Under the pieces are notes generated by a model that did not search any database, had not been told where the DNA came from, and was given only the letters and a program-made list of their open reading frames with translations. Source: the human T2T-CHM13v2.0 reference genome, Homo sapiens. Taken from it: a stretch of DNA of 64,000 nucleotides. The stretch lies in the NCBI RefSeq assembly GCF_009914755.1, contig NC_060925.1. One strand, written 5' to 3'. Positions 13,401 to 26,500 of the stretch are shown piece by piece. A program made the position numbers and the translations under genes. Every line of letters starts with the position of its first letter. Positions within the stretch are counted from its first letter, which is position 1.

Positions 13401-13852
13401 TTTATCACACCATCTCGTGAGTCTCATCATCTCATGAAATAGTGCATGAGAACAGGAATACTGTATGTAAACCATATGTGTGGTGCTGCTTCACATTCAT
13501 CCTTTTGGTTCAAAACTGCGGATCCCTGATGCGAAGCTGGGCCCCTCTCTTATTCCTAATTTTGCATCCATCAGTGTTGTGGGTTACGTTGGGTCCCCCA
13601 AATGATGCGTTCAAGTCCTGACTCCTGGTAGCTGTGAATCTAATCTTATTAAGAAATAGGGCCCTGACAAATGTAATCAAATGAAGATGAGGTCACATTA
13701 CAGTGGGGTGGGCCATAATCCAATGACTGTGGTCCTTATAAGAAAAGAAAAATTTGGACATAGGCGTAGAGACACGGAGGGGAGAAAGCCATGCAGAGAA
13801 AGCAGCAGAGATTGGAGAGATGTGGCCACAAGCCAAGGTATGCCAGGGGCTG

Positions 13853-13866
13853 CCAGCAGATGGCAG
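13853..13866 (+). promoter_or_regulatory. CTCF core motif match
   Basis: CCAGCAGATGGCAG fits CCASYAGRKGGCRS exactly; binding not shown. Confidence 0.4.
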
Positions 13867-13901
13867 AAGTGGCAGAGGCAAGAAAGGATCTTCTCCTGGA
13901 G

Positions 13902-14433
13902 CAGCAGTCCTCAATCTTTTGGGCACTAGGGACTGGTTTTGAGAAAGACAGTTTTTCCACAGAGAGGTGAGGAGGGGTTGATTTTGAGATGATTCAAGCA
14001 CATTACATTTATTGTGCACTTTATTTCTATTATTCTTACTTTCTAATACATAATGAAGTAATTCTATAACTCAGCATAGTGTACAATCAGTGGGAGCCTT
14101 GAGTTTGCTTTCCTGCAACTAGACAGTCCCATCTGGGGCTGATGGGAGACAGTGACAGATCATCAGGCATTACATTCTCATAAAGAGAGGTGTAACCTAG
14201 ATCCCTCATATGCACACTTCACAGTAGGGTTCTTGCTCCTATAAGAATCTAATGCCACTGCTGATCTGACAGGAGGTAGAGCTCAGGCTGGTAATGTGAG
14301 CCATGGGGAGCGGCTGTAAATAAGATGAAACTTTGCTTGCTCACCCACTACTCCCCTCCTGCTGCGCAGCCCAGTTCCTAACAGCCCATGGACTGATGAT
14401 ACCTGTCCATGGCCTAGGGGTTGGGGACCGCTG
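13902..14433 (-). mobile_element. MER1A (hAT-Charlie) non-autonomous DNA transposon, full length
   Basis: TIRs CAGCAGTCCTCAATC / GGTTGGGGACCGCTG; 532 bp; 8-bp TSD TCCTGGAG / CCCTAGAG. Confidence 0.92.
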
Positions 14434-16059
14434 CCCTAGAGCCTGCAGAAGCAGCACAGCTGTGCAGATACTCTGATTTTTGACTTCTGGCCTCCAGAAC
14501 TGTGAGACAATAATTTCTGCTGTTTTAAGCCCCCCAGTTTATGGTTATTTGTTAGGACAGCCCTAAGAAATGAATACAACAGGTGCATTTGGCCCACAGG
14601 TATTGGTGTTTCCTATGTTCAGGTGCTCCGGTAAGCAGGACGCATACAGTCCCTGCCCTTGTGCTCATGTGTTGCCATGTGCCAGGCATACAGGGTCTCC
14701 CGATGGACACAAGAGACAAGGCCTCAGACATCACAGACCCCACAGCAGAGGGCAGGAAACCAGCACAAATACCCACGTGATTTGGGAAAAGTCCTGCCAG
14801 TAAGAAGCACAGCTGAGCTGTGATTGTGTCAGAGGCCGTGACTTAGAGGGGGATTCCATTAAGGAAACAGACCTGACTCTCAGCTGATGGAAGATGGGTG
14901 GGGCACATGGAGTTTATTCAGCTTGGTCAATAGGAAGATCTTGTGTTATGGGAAAGTCCATTTTTTTATTCCTTATAGTAAATTAGGGAAAGTAAGGCTC
15001 AACAAAGTCCCGTTAGCTTGTACAGAAACAAAAGATAGCGGGATTTTCCCCAGGGGCCTGGCACCAGGAGAGGGTCTCTCAGGAGGATGCTCCACACAGG
15101 TAATGAGGCGTTTATGTTTTCCAAAGCTGTAAACAACTTTGAGAAATACTGTTCACTTACGGCTGCAGTTGGAGCTGCATGGAAGGAGGCTGGCAACAGG
15201 GTGAGTGCTGTCCTTGTCCATTCTTAGAGAAACCAGGAGCCCTGAGAACCTGTGTCCAGCACAAAATGACTGACAGCTGGTCTCTCCAATCAGAAGATGG
15301 CTTCCCCACCCCCAGCACCTCCTGGGTCTCAGGGCGATTTCAGAGATGAACCTTTCTACCTTCTACCAGGTGGGTGGGTCAATGTGAAAGGGGCAACAGT
15401 TTTTAATTTGTAGGGTGAAGGTCAATATTAAAAACATGTTTTGCTGGCCATGCAAGGCTCCCAAATATTATCTAACTTCGGGACCTGATCAGAGAAATGC
15501 CAGAAAGTCACCACTACTCTTGTGGAAAGCAGAAGAAGGAGGCTACCAGAGCGGGGACTATAGGAGCACTGACTTCGGGCCACCCTCTCCTGCAGCAGCT
15601 CTTCTGGAACACAAGCCTGGGAGCCTTGGCTGCACTGTCCTTGGTGAGCTGGGAAGTCCTGCTCCACGGGCCCCATCTGCTTTCTGGGTGAGCTTCTCAT
15701 CACTGTTGTCACAGGATTCATAAAGCACACAGCTCAAAGGTTTCCAATGTGTAACACAATTTCTCCAGGCTCATTTAAATATTTCAAATCAGAAGGAGTT
15801 GGCTGTTACATTTCACCTCCCAAAGCTTAGTGAAACACATGGCCAGGCTCGTGACCATGCTGTCTTTGGCTACAGTGGCTCTGTTTCCAAGCAGATTTCT
15901 CTTATTCTTAGCCAGGAACCAGTGTCTCATGGCTTCAGGGCAGTAGACTCTGCTCCCAAGACCAGCCCAGGCAGGGGTCTCAGGTCATGGGGAAGTTGTG
16001 TGACCCTCAATCAGGACGGGGAGGGGAGGTAGGGACAAGATGGCATTGCTCAGGGGCGT

Positions 16060-16473
<414 letters not shown>

Positions 16474-16971
16474 TCAGTATCCTTGACATGGGAGCCATTT
16501 TAAATTAATGTAAAGGAAATCAATCTATATTACCCACCACAGAGCAGAAGGCATACCACATGATTTCTGCTGCTAAGACTAATGAGGGGTGAGCTTCAAC
16601 CTCAAAAGCATTTCAAAATATTTGGAATGAGGGAGGGAATTATCTTTCTGTTTCTCACAAAGAAGCATGGATGGGTGTGTTGCTCTTATTGTCTACTTTG
16701 AATGGGCCATGCATGCATAAGGGACACGTGGCAATGGAACTGAAGGGAAATATGAAGAGGGAGCTCCTTGTGTGTTATTCTAGAGACAGACTGTGCCTCT
16801 GTAAGCCTGTATGCCTATGTGTGTGTCCCTCTTCAACACAAAAGGGGCCTGCCACAGGACACAGCATCTGTGAAGACTGTACTGGATCCATGTGTCTGGA
16901 GCTGCCTGTCTTTGCAGGCGGCAGAGTGAACCACCACAAGAATGTCAGGTAATGGATGGATCCAGCCCTCT

Positions 16972-17670
16972 TGTATTCATCCGTTCTCACACTGCTATAA
17001 AGAAATGCTTCCTGTGACCAGGCGCGGTGGCTCATGCCTGTAATCCCAGCAATTTGGGAGGCCAAGGAGGGCAGATCTCCTGAGGTCAGGAGTTCGAGAC
17101 CAGCCTGGTAAACATGGGGAAACCCCGTCTCTACTGAAAATACAAAAATTAGCTGGGCGTGGTGGCCCAGCTACTCAGGAGGCCGAGGCAAGAGAATCAC
17201 TAGAACCCAGGAGGCGGAGGTTGCAGTGAGCCGAGATCACTCCACTGCACTCCAGCCTTGAGGACAGAGCAAGACTCCATCTCAAAATAAATAAATAAAT
17301 AATAAAAGAAATGCCTCCTGAGACTGGGTCATTTATAAAGAAAAGAGGTTTAATTGGCTCACAGTTCCACAGGCTGTACAGGAAGCATGGCTGGGGAGGC
17401 CTCAAGAAACTGTCAATCATGGCGGAAGGCAAAGGGGAAGCAGACAGGTCTCACATGGCTGAAGCAGGAGGAAGACGGGGCAAGGAGGTGCTGCACACTT
17501 GTAAACCACCATCTCTCATGAGAACTCTACCACAACACGTCACTAGGGGGAGATTAAACCATCAGAAACTGCCCCCATGATCCGATCACCTCCCACCATG
17601 CCACTTATCCAACATTGGGGATTACAATTCCACATGAGATTGGGTGGGGACTCAGATGCAAACCATATCA
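16972..17670 (-). mobile_element. MSTA/MSTB (MaLR) solo LTR, interrupted by an Alu
   Basis: tgtattcatccgttctcacactgctataaag...gaggtttaattggctcacagttccacaggctgtacaggaagcatgg...caaaccatatca. Confidence 0.92.
17016..17307 (+). mobile_element. AluSx-like with (AAAT)n tail
   Basis: 16-bp TSD AAAGAAATGCTTCCTG (16999-17014) / AAAGAAATGCCTCCTG (17305-17320); short deletion at the start of the right arm. Confidence 0.96.
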
Positions 17671-17679
17671 CTGCCACTG

Positions 17680-17944
17680 GTGGACATTTGGATCTTTCTA
17701 TGTTCTGCTACCCTGAGCGATGCTCCCGCAGGTGCTCCAGCAGGTGTGCCTGTCTCTGTGAGCACGCACAAATCATCTGTATGATCAGCTGCTAGATGCA
17801 GACTTGCTTAAACAAAGGGTGTGTGCATTCTTACATTTGGACAGATCTCAGAAAATTGTCCTCCCCCCCAAAAAAGTTATTCCAATTTACATTCCCACCA
17901 GAAGAAGAATTATTTTCTTACTGTCTTTGTCAATCTGATGGATC
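17680..17944 (-). mobile_element. Old L1ME fragment
   Basis: gtggacatttgg...ccaatttacattcccaccag...ttgtcaatctgatgg. Confidence 0.6.
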
Positions 17945-17959
17945 GAAAAAGTGCTCATC

Positions 17960-19316
17960 ACAGAGGCCTCAGAAATAACGCCACACATCTACAACCATCT
18001 GATCTTTGACAAACCTGACAAAAACAAGCAATGGGGAGAGGATTCCCTATTTAATAAGTGGTGATGGGAAAACTGGCTAGCCATATGCAGAAAGCTGAAA
18101 CTGGATCCCTTCCTTATACCTTATACAAAAATTAACTCAGGATGGATTAAAGACTTAAACGTAAGACGTAAAACCATAAAAACCCTAGAAGAAAACCTAG
18201 GCATTACCATTCAGGCCGTTGGCATGAGCAAAGACTTCATGACTAAAATATCAAAAGCAATGGCAACGAAAGCCAAAATAGACAATTGGGATCTGATTAA
18301 ACTAAAGAGCTTCTGTACAGCAAAAGAAACTATCATTAGAGTGAACAGGCAATCTACAGAATGGGAGAAAAATTTTGCAATCTAGCCATCTGACAAAGAG
18401 CTAATATCCAGAATCTACAAAGAACTTAAACAGATTTACAGGAAAAAAAACAAAAAACCCCATCAAAAACTGGGCGAAGGATATAAACAGACACTTCTCA
18501 AAGGAAGACATTTATGCAGCCAACAAACATGAAAAAAAGCTCATCATCACTGGTCATCAGAGAAATGCAAATCAAAACCACAATGAGATACCATCTCACA
18601 CCAGTTAGAATGGTGATCATTAAAAAGCCAGGAAACAACAGATGCTGGAGAGGATGTGGAGAAATAGGAACACTTTTACACTGCTGGTGGGAGCGTAAAT
18701 TAGTTCAACCATTGTGGGAAACAGTGTGGCGATTCCTCAAGGATCTAGAACTAGAAATACCATTTGACCCAGCCATCCCGTTACTGGGTATATACCCAAA
18801 GGATTATAAATCATTCTACTATAAAGACAAATGCACATCTATGTTTATTGAGGCACTGTTCACAATAGCAAAGACTTGGAACCAACCCAAATGCCCATCA
18901 ATGATAGACTCAATTAAGAAAATGTGGCACATATACACCATGGAATACCATGCAGCCATTGAAAAAAAAGGATGAGTTCATGTCCTCTGCAAGGACATGG
19001 ATGATGCTAGAAACCGTCATCCTCAGCAAACTAACACAAGAACAGAAAAACAAACACTGCATGTTCTCACTCATAAGTGGGAGTTGAACAATGAGAACAC
19101 ATGGACACAGGGAGGGGAACATCACACACCGGGGCCCATCGAGTGTGGGGGGCTAGGGGAGGGATAGCATTAGGAGAAATACTTAATGTAGATGAGGGGT
19201 TGATGGGCGCAGCAAACCACTATGACACGTGTATACTTATGTAACAAACCTACATGTTCTGCACATGTATCCCAGAACTTAAAGTATTAAAAAGAAAAAA
19301 AAAGGAAAAAAAAAAA
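17960..19316 (+). mobile_element. 5'-truncated L1PA7-like element
   Basis: ORF2 C-terminal translation 18514..18975 ([16 protein letters not shown]...); 3'UTR cattaggagaaatacttaatgtagatg...cccagaacttaaagtat plus poly(A). Confidence 0.96.
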
Positions 19317-19689
19317 GCATATTGTGTATGCCAAGATAAGCCTTTGAAAAACACTGGGCTACAACAATGAATTAGATATCTGCCCTCAAAGCACTTTTAT
19401 ATGCTAAACATAAACCACAAACATTTACTGGACGCATACTATGTGCAGAGTAAGTTAATCCAAAAGAGGGAATAATCATTTGAATTTCAATATGAAAAAA
19501 AGAAAAACACTGATTGCAAAGGCATAGTATGATAAAAAGAATGTAAAAATCTCATTACATGCTGAAATGATTAAGTTTTGGATACGTCAAGTTAAATAAC
19601 ATCGTTAAAATTAATTTCATCTGTTTCTTTATCCTTTAAAAAATATCCTAAAAAAAATAACATCATTAAAATTTTAAAAAAAAAAGAAA
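19317..19689 (+). other. Probable L1 3'-transduced sequence ending in a second poly(A)
   Basis: AT-rich segment between the L1 tail and the TSD copy at 19690; contains L2-like and MER3/MER33-like pieces; ATTAAA before the A-tail. Confidence 0.8.
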
Positions 19690-19703
19690 GAAAAAGTGCT
19701 CAT

Positions 19704-19866
19704 CATTAGGACAAATAGCTAATGCCTGTGGGGCTTAAAACCTAAATGCAGGTTAATAGGTGCAGCAAACCAGCATTGCACACGTGTGTACCTATGTAAC
19801 AAATCTGCACATTCTGCACGTGTATCCCAGAACTTAAAGTAAAATAAAAATAAAATTTTTAAAAAA
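19704..19866 (+). mobile_element. Short 5'-truncated L1PA8-like 3' end
   Basis: cattaggacaaatagctaatgcctgtggggcttaaaaccta...cccagaacttaaagtaaaataaaaa; followed by GAAAAAGTGCTCAT. Confidence 0.93.
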
Positions 19867-21160
19867 GAAAAAGTGCTCATTTCAGGCAGGATTTCATATG
19901 AAGGGTGAGACCTCCCTCCCATAGGTTTAAGGGCCCTGCTATTTCCTTTTCCTTGACTTGTGGGTTTGTGACCTTGGACAAAGTGTAAGGAAGCTGAGAA
20001 TACCAGTCTGATCTCCCTCCTCCGGCCGCCACCACAGTTCTCGATTCAGGTTTGTGGGCCGGCCCAGTAGCTACTGACTGCCCTCCTGTGTCCAGAAACC
20101 AAGGGGCACATTTAAAAAGTAAATTGGAAGAGATTCTGCTGTGATGATTTTGTGCCCTCCTCAAGACAGCTGATAGCCCATTGGCATCTTTCAAGACCAG
20201 GGTTTGAACCAAAAGGTCTGGAAACCTCACAGAGCTGGAAGAGGAAGGGCGGAGGCACAGGGCACTGACCGAGGAGCAGCCCCTGCCTGCCACGCTCTGA
20301 TGCCTGCTCCCCCAGCCTGCCCCGCGAGCTCACGGTTGGCTCATGAGCTGCGTGTCCCTGGGCCCACAGCTGTGCATTGCTAGCAGAGTGCTGAGCCATC
20401 TGCCGTGCAGGTAGGAGCCCTGAGCCGCAGAACCAGAATGAGAACTTCTGTGTGCTGCTGGGCCTGCCACAGAGATCCCAGACTCAGGCTGGATGGAAGC
20501 CCCAAAGGTGGCAAGTCTTCTGCACCCTGGCCCAGTGACAGACAGCACCCCACGCTACTGGGTGGATGCAGAGAAGTGTTTCCGAATGCCCCACCAAGAA
20601 GGCTTTGGGGGTGGAAAATGGCTTCTCTCCCCACTGCACACAGCCCTGAGTTTGTGTTTCAGCACCAGTCCTGTCCTGCTCCTGGGGTGAAGATGAAAAG
20701 ACCCAGGAAACTACAACACAAAGCAGGAACCCTAGCGTACACCCTCCTTTTAGGCTTTTGTTAGTTACAATGTATCAAAATTGGTTCCTCAGCTGTGATA
20801 AATTCACGCCCTAATGCAGGATGGTGACAGCAGAGGAAGCCGGGAAAGGGCAACTTTTCTGTAAACCTAAAACTGCGCTAAAACAATAAAGTCTAAAAGG
20901 TGCTGACCCAAGACCTAAGACAGGTTTTTGGCTCCTATCTGGCATTTGTGGCATCGTGGAGGCTGTGCCGGGGCACTTAGGCCCTCCTTTGGGGCACTGG
21001 AGAAATTTATTTGGGGATGGAGCAGAAGCTGGGATTCTGAAGACAAGAACTCTCAGGACCATGTGCCAAGCAGGAGCAGACTGAGCAGAATTAGCTCAGA
21101 GTGGGGTAGAAGCAAGGAGACATAGGAGTCCAGATGGAGCTCAGGAGCTCAGACCTAAGC

Positions 21161-21174
21161 CAGCCACCTGGCGG
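21161..21174 (-). promoter_or_regulatory. CTCF-like motif
   Basis: Minus strand reads CCGCCAGGTGGCTG. Confidence 0.3.
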
Positions 21175-21939
21175 AGAAGCAACACTAAAAAGGGCCCAGG
21201 AGGGCTATGGGGTTGACACCTGGCACCCAGAGCCCCCGTTCCCATGTCTGCTCAGTCACTCAGAAAGGACAAAGGCCAGCTCCTCTGCCAGCCACCACCT
21301 CCATCTCTCCCATCCCATCACCCATCCGGCAAGCCTGGCTCCAGGACCTCACAGGCATTCGGAAGGAAGGGGCTTTGGAGCAGGGCTCAGCTGCTTCTCT
21401 GGGGGTCTGGTTACCCCTTTCCCTCATCCATTCTGCAATGACTGTCAGGTGCCCAGGATGCACCAGGGGACCCAGTGCTGTGTCCCTGCTTAGTGGCATT
21501 CAGAATCCGTGGCTTTGAGCAAGGGATCTGTCAAAATGACCCCGTCTGATGGCAAAGGTGGGTAAGAAAAGGCCTCAGCCAAAGGTGTCAGCAGCCTCCT
21601 GAGGATTCCCACTGGGATTCCCGCTGGGCAGGTGACGACAGACACTGTGTTGGGTCCTGCCCTCGTGAGGCCTGAGCACCCTGCCTTCCGGGAGCCTGAG
21701 AAGTAGGTGGGAAACAGAGGAGACCTTGGAACCTGAGCCAGAGGACAGGCAAGAGGCCTCACGACATTGTCTTGAGGATGTCCACCCAGGGATGGAGGGG
21801 AGGGCCCAAAGTGGAGACACCTTAGCATCCAGGTGGCACTCACTCTCATCCTGTGGGATCAGAGAGTCTTCATCCCAAAGGGCAGGGAGTGGGGAGGGCG
21901 CTTCACTATTCAAGGTCATCCCAATTCAGCTTTCCATTT

Positions 21940-22315
21940 TGAAATGGTTTGGCTTTGTCCCCACCCAAATCTCATCTCGAATTGTAGTTCCCTTAATCTC
22001 CATGTGTCGTGCGAGGGACTCAATGGGAGGTAATTGAATCATGAGGGTGGTTACCCTCATGCTGTTCTTGTGATATGAGTTCTCACAAGATCTGATGGTT
22101 TTATAAGGGGCTTCCCCCTACCCTACTTTGCTCTTATTCTTCTCCTTCCTGCCGCCGTGTGAAGAAGGACAAGTTTGCTTCCCCTTCTGCCATGATTGTA
22201 AGTTTTCTGAGGCCTCCCCAACACTGCAGAACTGTGAGCCAATGAAACCTTCTTTCTTTATAAATTATCCAGTCTGAAGTATGTCTTTATTGGCAGGTGA
22301 GAACAGGCTAATACA
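21940..22315 (+). mobile_element. THE1C/D solo LTR
   Basis: tgaaatggtttggctttgtccccacccaaatctcatc...gccatgattgtaagttttctgaggcctcccc...ctaataca. Confidence 0.93.
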
Positions 22316-23676
22316 CAGCTGCCACAGGAAATGCCCCCTTCCCACCCCCACATGCCCCAAATTCTACCTGTCCCCAAGCTTTATTTGGGAACAGACAGCA
22401 AAATCTGTAGCCAAGAATGACAGCTGCCCAGAAGAGTCTCATGGGCAGCCTCAACCTCCAGTAGCGCCCACTGGGAGCCAGAGACTGGGGAGGAGGAAGG
22501 GAGTAAAGGTTTCGATGGGGAAGGGGAGACGTGACTGCAAATGGAATGTCCCAGGTGGATAGAGCCAGCACCTGTCACAGCCATGGGAGCCCACCCAGTC
22601 CCCTGTCTGTCAGCCACACTGACACTGCCTTCTGCTGCCTCCTGGAACTTGTTCACTCAGGCTCAACCACACGAGGACACTCCAGGTCTCCCTCCCCTGC
22701 CAGGGACCAGAGGCTTCTTTTAGGTAGGGAGAGAGCAGCGTCCACTTCCAGAGAGGAGTTTCAGGGGCTTCCAGCAGAAACAGCACAGCTGGGCGCCTGC
22801 TAAGACATCCAGCTGCTGCCCCCAGCTCACCTGGGCACCACTGGCCATGCCTTGCCTTTGGTTCCCGCAGCATCTGGCTTAATCTCTACAGAGCTCTTCA
22901 CCTTACCCCACCTTACTGGGACCCCTCGGAACCAGGACCCGGTTCTAGCCGCCTGCACCCCAACAGTGCTCAAATCCTCTGCACAATGAACTGCATCTGA
23001 AGGATTCCCCTAGTCCAAAGCCCTCCCGTAGTCAAGCTAAAGCCCCTGTTTTCGACGGCTTAGGTCATCACTTCCCCACCGAGGTAATGTCACATGTTTA
23101 CGCTCTTGATGACTCATCCAGCCCTTGCTGGCCCCTACTCTGTGCTGGGAGCCCTTCCAGGCCCCTGAGAAACTGAAGTGAGCAAAAGAGTGATTGCCCT
23201 GCCCTCCAGGAACACCTAGTCTCGCTCAGGGCTGCCCACCTTCCCTGGAGGACTCAATGCAGGTGCCCTTGGTCTCCAGTGCAGCTGAGATGACTTGCAA
23301 AGGCTAAATGGGCCACAGACCTGGCAGGAGAGAATGTGTGGGAAAGGAAGGGCAGCTCAGCCAAGACAGGGAGCCTGGCAGGAAGGCTGGTCAGGCAGCT
23401 GGGAAAGTGTGGTGAATGTGGCCAGGAAGGCTGGACTGGGGCCCTTGGCCCAGGGAGGGGTTGGTACAGTATTTCAGGCAATGAGATGGGATGGCCCAGT
23501 GGAACACCAGGGTTTATAAGCTGGACGTGGGGAGCAGGAGGAGGATTACGCATTCACAGGTTGAAGCAGCTATCAGGCAGGAGGAGGTGACAGCACTGGT
23601 TAACCAAATCTGGGAGAACCCCCAGGGAAAGGCTGGACCAGGAGAAGGATAAATGCAAAGGCCCTGAGACAGACGC

Positions 23677-24263
23677 TGTACTGGGTTTGGAAGGTAGGAA
23701 GTGTGTGTCCTCAGAGTGTAGTCTTGCCTAAGGAGAGGTCTGGCCTCTGCCCTTGGCTCCTCAGAGGTGATCTTTAAGCTTTGGAATGTCCTGCCTGATA
23801 AGAGGGTCTTTGTTTATGTGGGGGCCTTGGGCCACACTCGATCAGGTCACAGTGTGATTTAGGGTGGGGGCTTTGGGTCACATAGCATCAACGCGACCTC
23901 GGAGGGGCTGGAGACTGAGGTCAGCCACTTGAGCAGTCAGCCACGTCTGTGTCAAAGGGCCCAGTGAAGCCTGGACACCCAGGCCCGGTGAGCTCCCTGG
24001 TTGGCAGTGCCGTCACACACACATGCTGCGGGGAGAAGTTAGCACTCCTGCAGCTCACACAGGGAGCATGGTTGGAATTCCTGCCTGTAGAACTCCCCTG
24101 GACTCTGCCCCACACTTCTCTTCGCTCAGCTGATTTTAATGTGTGTCTTTTCGTGGTAATAAACCCTAACAGTGAGCATCACAGATTTGGGAGAGTTCTG
24201 TGAGTCCTTCTTGCGAATTATCAACCCCGAGGGTGGCCTTGGGGATGGTTCTCCAACCTTACA
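23677..24263 (+). mobile_element. ERVL-class solo LTR (MER77/MER68/MER21-like) inserted in an L2 remnant
   Basis: TG...CA ends; gagaggtctggcctctgcccttggctcc...gtaataaaccctaacagtgag...gagttctgtgagtccttcttgcgaattatcaacccc. Confidence 0.8.
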
Positions 24264-24819
24264 GCATGGAAAACGAAGTGAGTTCCAAACTTGGGAAGCC
24301 GGAGGATGCTCACCGGCAAAGAATAGCAAATACAGTGGCAGCGACTTCCATTTGGGACATGATGATGGGTTTGAAACACCTGTGGAACATTCTAGAAAAG
24401 ATAGCTAGGAGGGGACGATGAGCCATTCATTCACTCTCTGTCGGTCCATCCAAAATCTGTGGGAAAAACAAGATGTATCTTCGAGATCCATGCCACACAC
24501 AGGACTGACGTGGGAATAAAATGAACATGGCGAGTTCTCTGTAAGCATATGAACAGGCAGGCTCAAAGGTGCACTTGGAAAGAGAGGGGACGAAGGAACA
24601 GGATGGGGCTTGATAACAGAGAACAATAAGCAGGGCTAGTACCCGCTGGGGTGGCAGATACCGATGGCGTCTTAGAGAAACGGGCATTTGAACTGAGAGC
24701 AGAGCTAGCCAGGGGAGGAGCAGGCTCAGAGACCTCCAGGCCTCTGATGAAAGGGTGGCCATGAAGGTCCTGGGGCAAGGGGTGCTCATGTCTTCACAGT
24801 GTGGAAGATCAGTATTCTT

Positions 24820-25041
24820 GGGCCTCATAAACAAGTGTTTCCAGAAAAGGCCAGAGAGTCAGTATTTTAGGCTTTTCAAGCATGCGGTTTCTGATGCCAT
24901 GAGTCAGCTCTGCAGCTGTAGCATGAAAACGGCCAAGACAACATATAAACAATGGACATGACTGTGTGCCAATAAAACTTTATTTACAAAAGCAGTCACA
25001 GGGCCAGGTCTGGCCTGAGAGCCATTGTTTGCAAACCCCTG
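24820..25041 (-). mobile_element. MER58A (hAT-Charlie MITE)
   Basis: aaggccagagagtcagtattttaggc...ccaataaaactttatttacaaaa...tttgcaaacccctg. Confidence 0.85.
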
Positions 25042-25169
25042 GTCTAAGTTCAAAGCTGATGAGTAGCTTTCCTGGAACCGTCCCTGTGAGTTTTACCCAG
25101 GGGTCCTGACCCTATTTCCTCCCCAGGGAGTTTTGAAACCACAGCTGGCACTACCTTGCCTTCCATTCT

Positions 25170-25870
25170 TTAGGCTGACACCTGCTGGTTCCTCTCTACT
25201 GGCTGGAGTGAAACTGCATTGGACAGAGGCCAATGGTTAGCTTATACTGAGGCCTGTACCAGCCCCAAAAAGCCGCATAGCCTCCATCTCATAAGTGTTG
25301 ATTCAGGGACCCAAGCTCCGGACCTTACATTTTTCCCTGTTAAATTCCATCCTGCTAGAATTGATCTTATCACTTGAGAGTGCCAGGGCTGTTCTCAATC
25401 CTGACTCTGTCACCTGAAATTATCTCCCCATCTCGAGCTATCACAGGAGGCTGTGTGACAGAGGGGTGTGGAGTGTGGACTCAGGCAAGACCGCCTAACT
25501 CAGTTGCGGTATATGACGAGTGTCATGACCTTACATGAGTCACAGGGCCCCTCTGGGCCTCGGTTTCCTCAGCACGCAGGTGGATGTTAACAGAACCTCC
25601 CTCACATGATTGATTGTGAGAGCATTCAATAAGGAACTACATCTAGAGGACTTACACAAGGGCTTGGCTCTTAGAAAGTGTCCTCTAAGGACTAACACTG
25701 ATACTGGCATCCAAAAAGCCTGAGTCTATGCCTGCAACCAAGACACTGAAGAAAAACAACTCTCAAAACAAGGCTGAAGGTAGAGCCCCGGGGGACCTCA
25801 CTAGAGACCCCCCTGCCCAGGATTCCAAGCAACCTGCTCACACTCCCTGGACACCACCAGCCATGACCCT
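25170..25870 (-). mobile_element. L3/CR1 fragment interrupted by a MIR
   Basis: ggaccttacatttttccctgttaaattccatcctgctag and agagcccc...cactagagacccc resemble L3 consensus segments. Confidence 0.6.
25445..25700 (+). mobile_element. MIR
   Basis: catgaccttacatgagtcac...cctctgggcctcggtttcctca MIR core. Confidence 0.7.
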
Positions 25871-26099
25871 ATTTCCGGCCAGCAAGGACTCCATCTGAGT
25901 AGGGCCCTCACAAAGAAGGCAAGGAAAGGAGGGCAGGAGAAAAACAGAGGACAAACTTTGAGCAAGATTACTGGGGAAGGACCCCACCTACAACTGTGAC
26001 ACTGATGATGCCCCGAATCCTTGGATTCCACGGGTTAGGCCTGGCCTCTCCTTCTGGCCTCTTTAGAAGGCAAACACATGGTGAGCCTCCAGGAGCTTC

Positions 26100-26500
26100 A
26101 CTCAGCTAACGCGAGCGCACTCTCACCGCTGACTTTACATGCCAGGCACAGGTCAAGCGCTTGGCTAACGTGAATTCACTTAACTCACTGCTCTCCAGGA
26201 GCTAGGTCCCACTCATGCCTCCACATTCAGAACCTCAGTTCCCCCATCTGTAGAGTGGGGACGATGCAATTCCTTCCTCCCAAGGGTCTCATGAGGGTAA
26301 ACTGAGTAAACACAAATCAAGTACCCAGAGGATGGCATCTCACAGCACAAATACCACCTGTTACCCCACATTGCAACTGCAGAGGCCTTGGCACCTCGGA
26401 GAGACGAGGGGGACTTCCAAGATTTCCCCACTGGTGGGGGCGGAGCAGGGATTTGACCAAGAAGCTCAGCCCTGACCCCGCATTTCACCACTGCACCCTC
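26100..26500. mobile_element. Cluster of MIR fragments in both orientations
   Basis: aacctcagttcccccatctgtagagtgggga (+); ggagcagggatttgacc (-). Confidence 0.55.

Larger units (their letters stand above)
13575..14578 (+). mobile_element. MLT1C (MaLR) solo LTR, interrupted by MER1A
   Basis: TG...CA ends; gcagagattggagagatgtggccacaagccaagg and gacttctggcctccagaactgtgagacaataatttctgctgttttaagcc. Confidence 0.9.

Noticed and set aside
18514-18975. L1 ORF2 fragments (also 7329..7613 and 30569..31081) as functional CDS
   Set aside because: 5'-truncated elements with no promoter, endonuclease or complete RT domain
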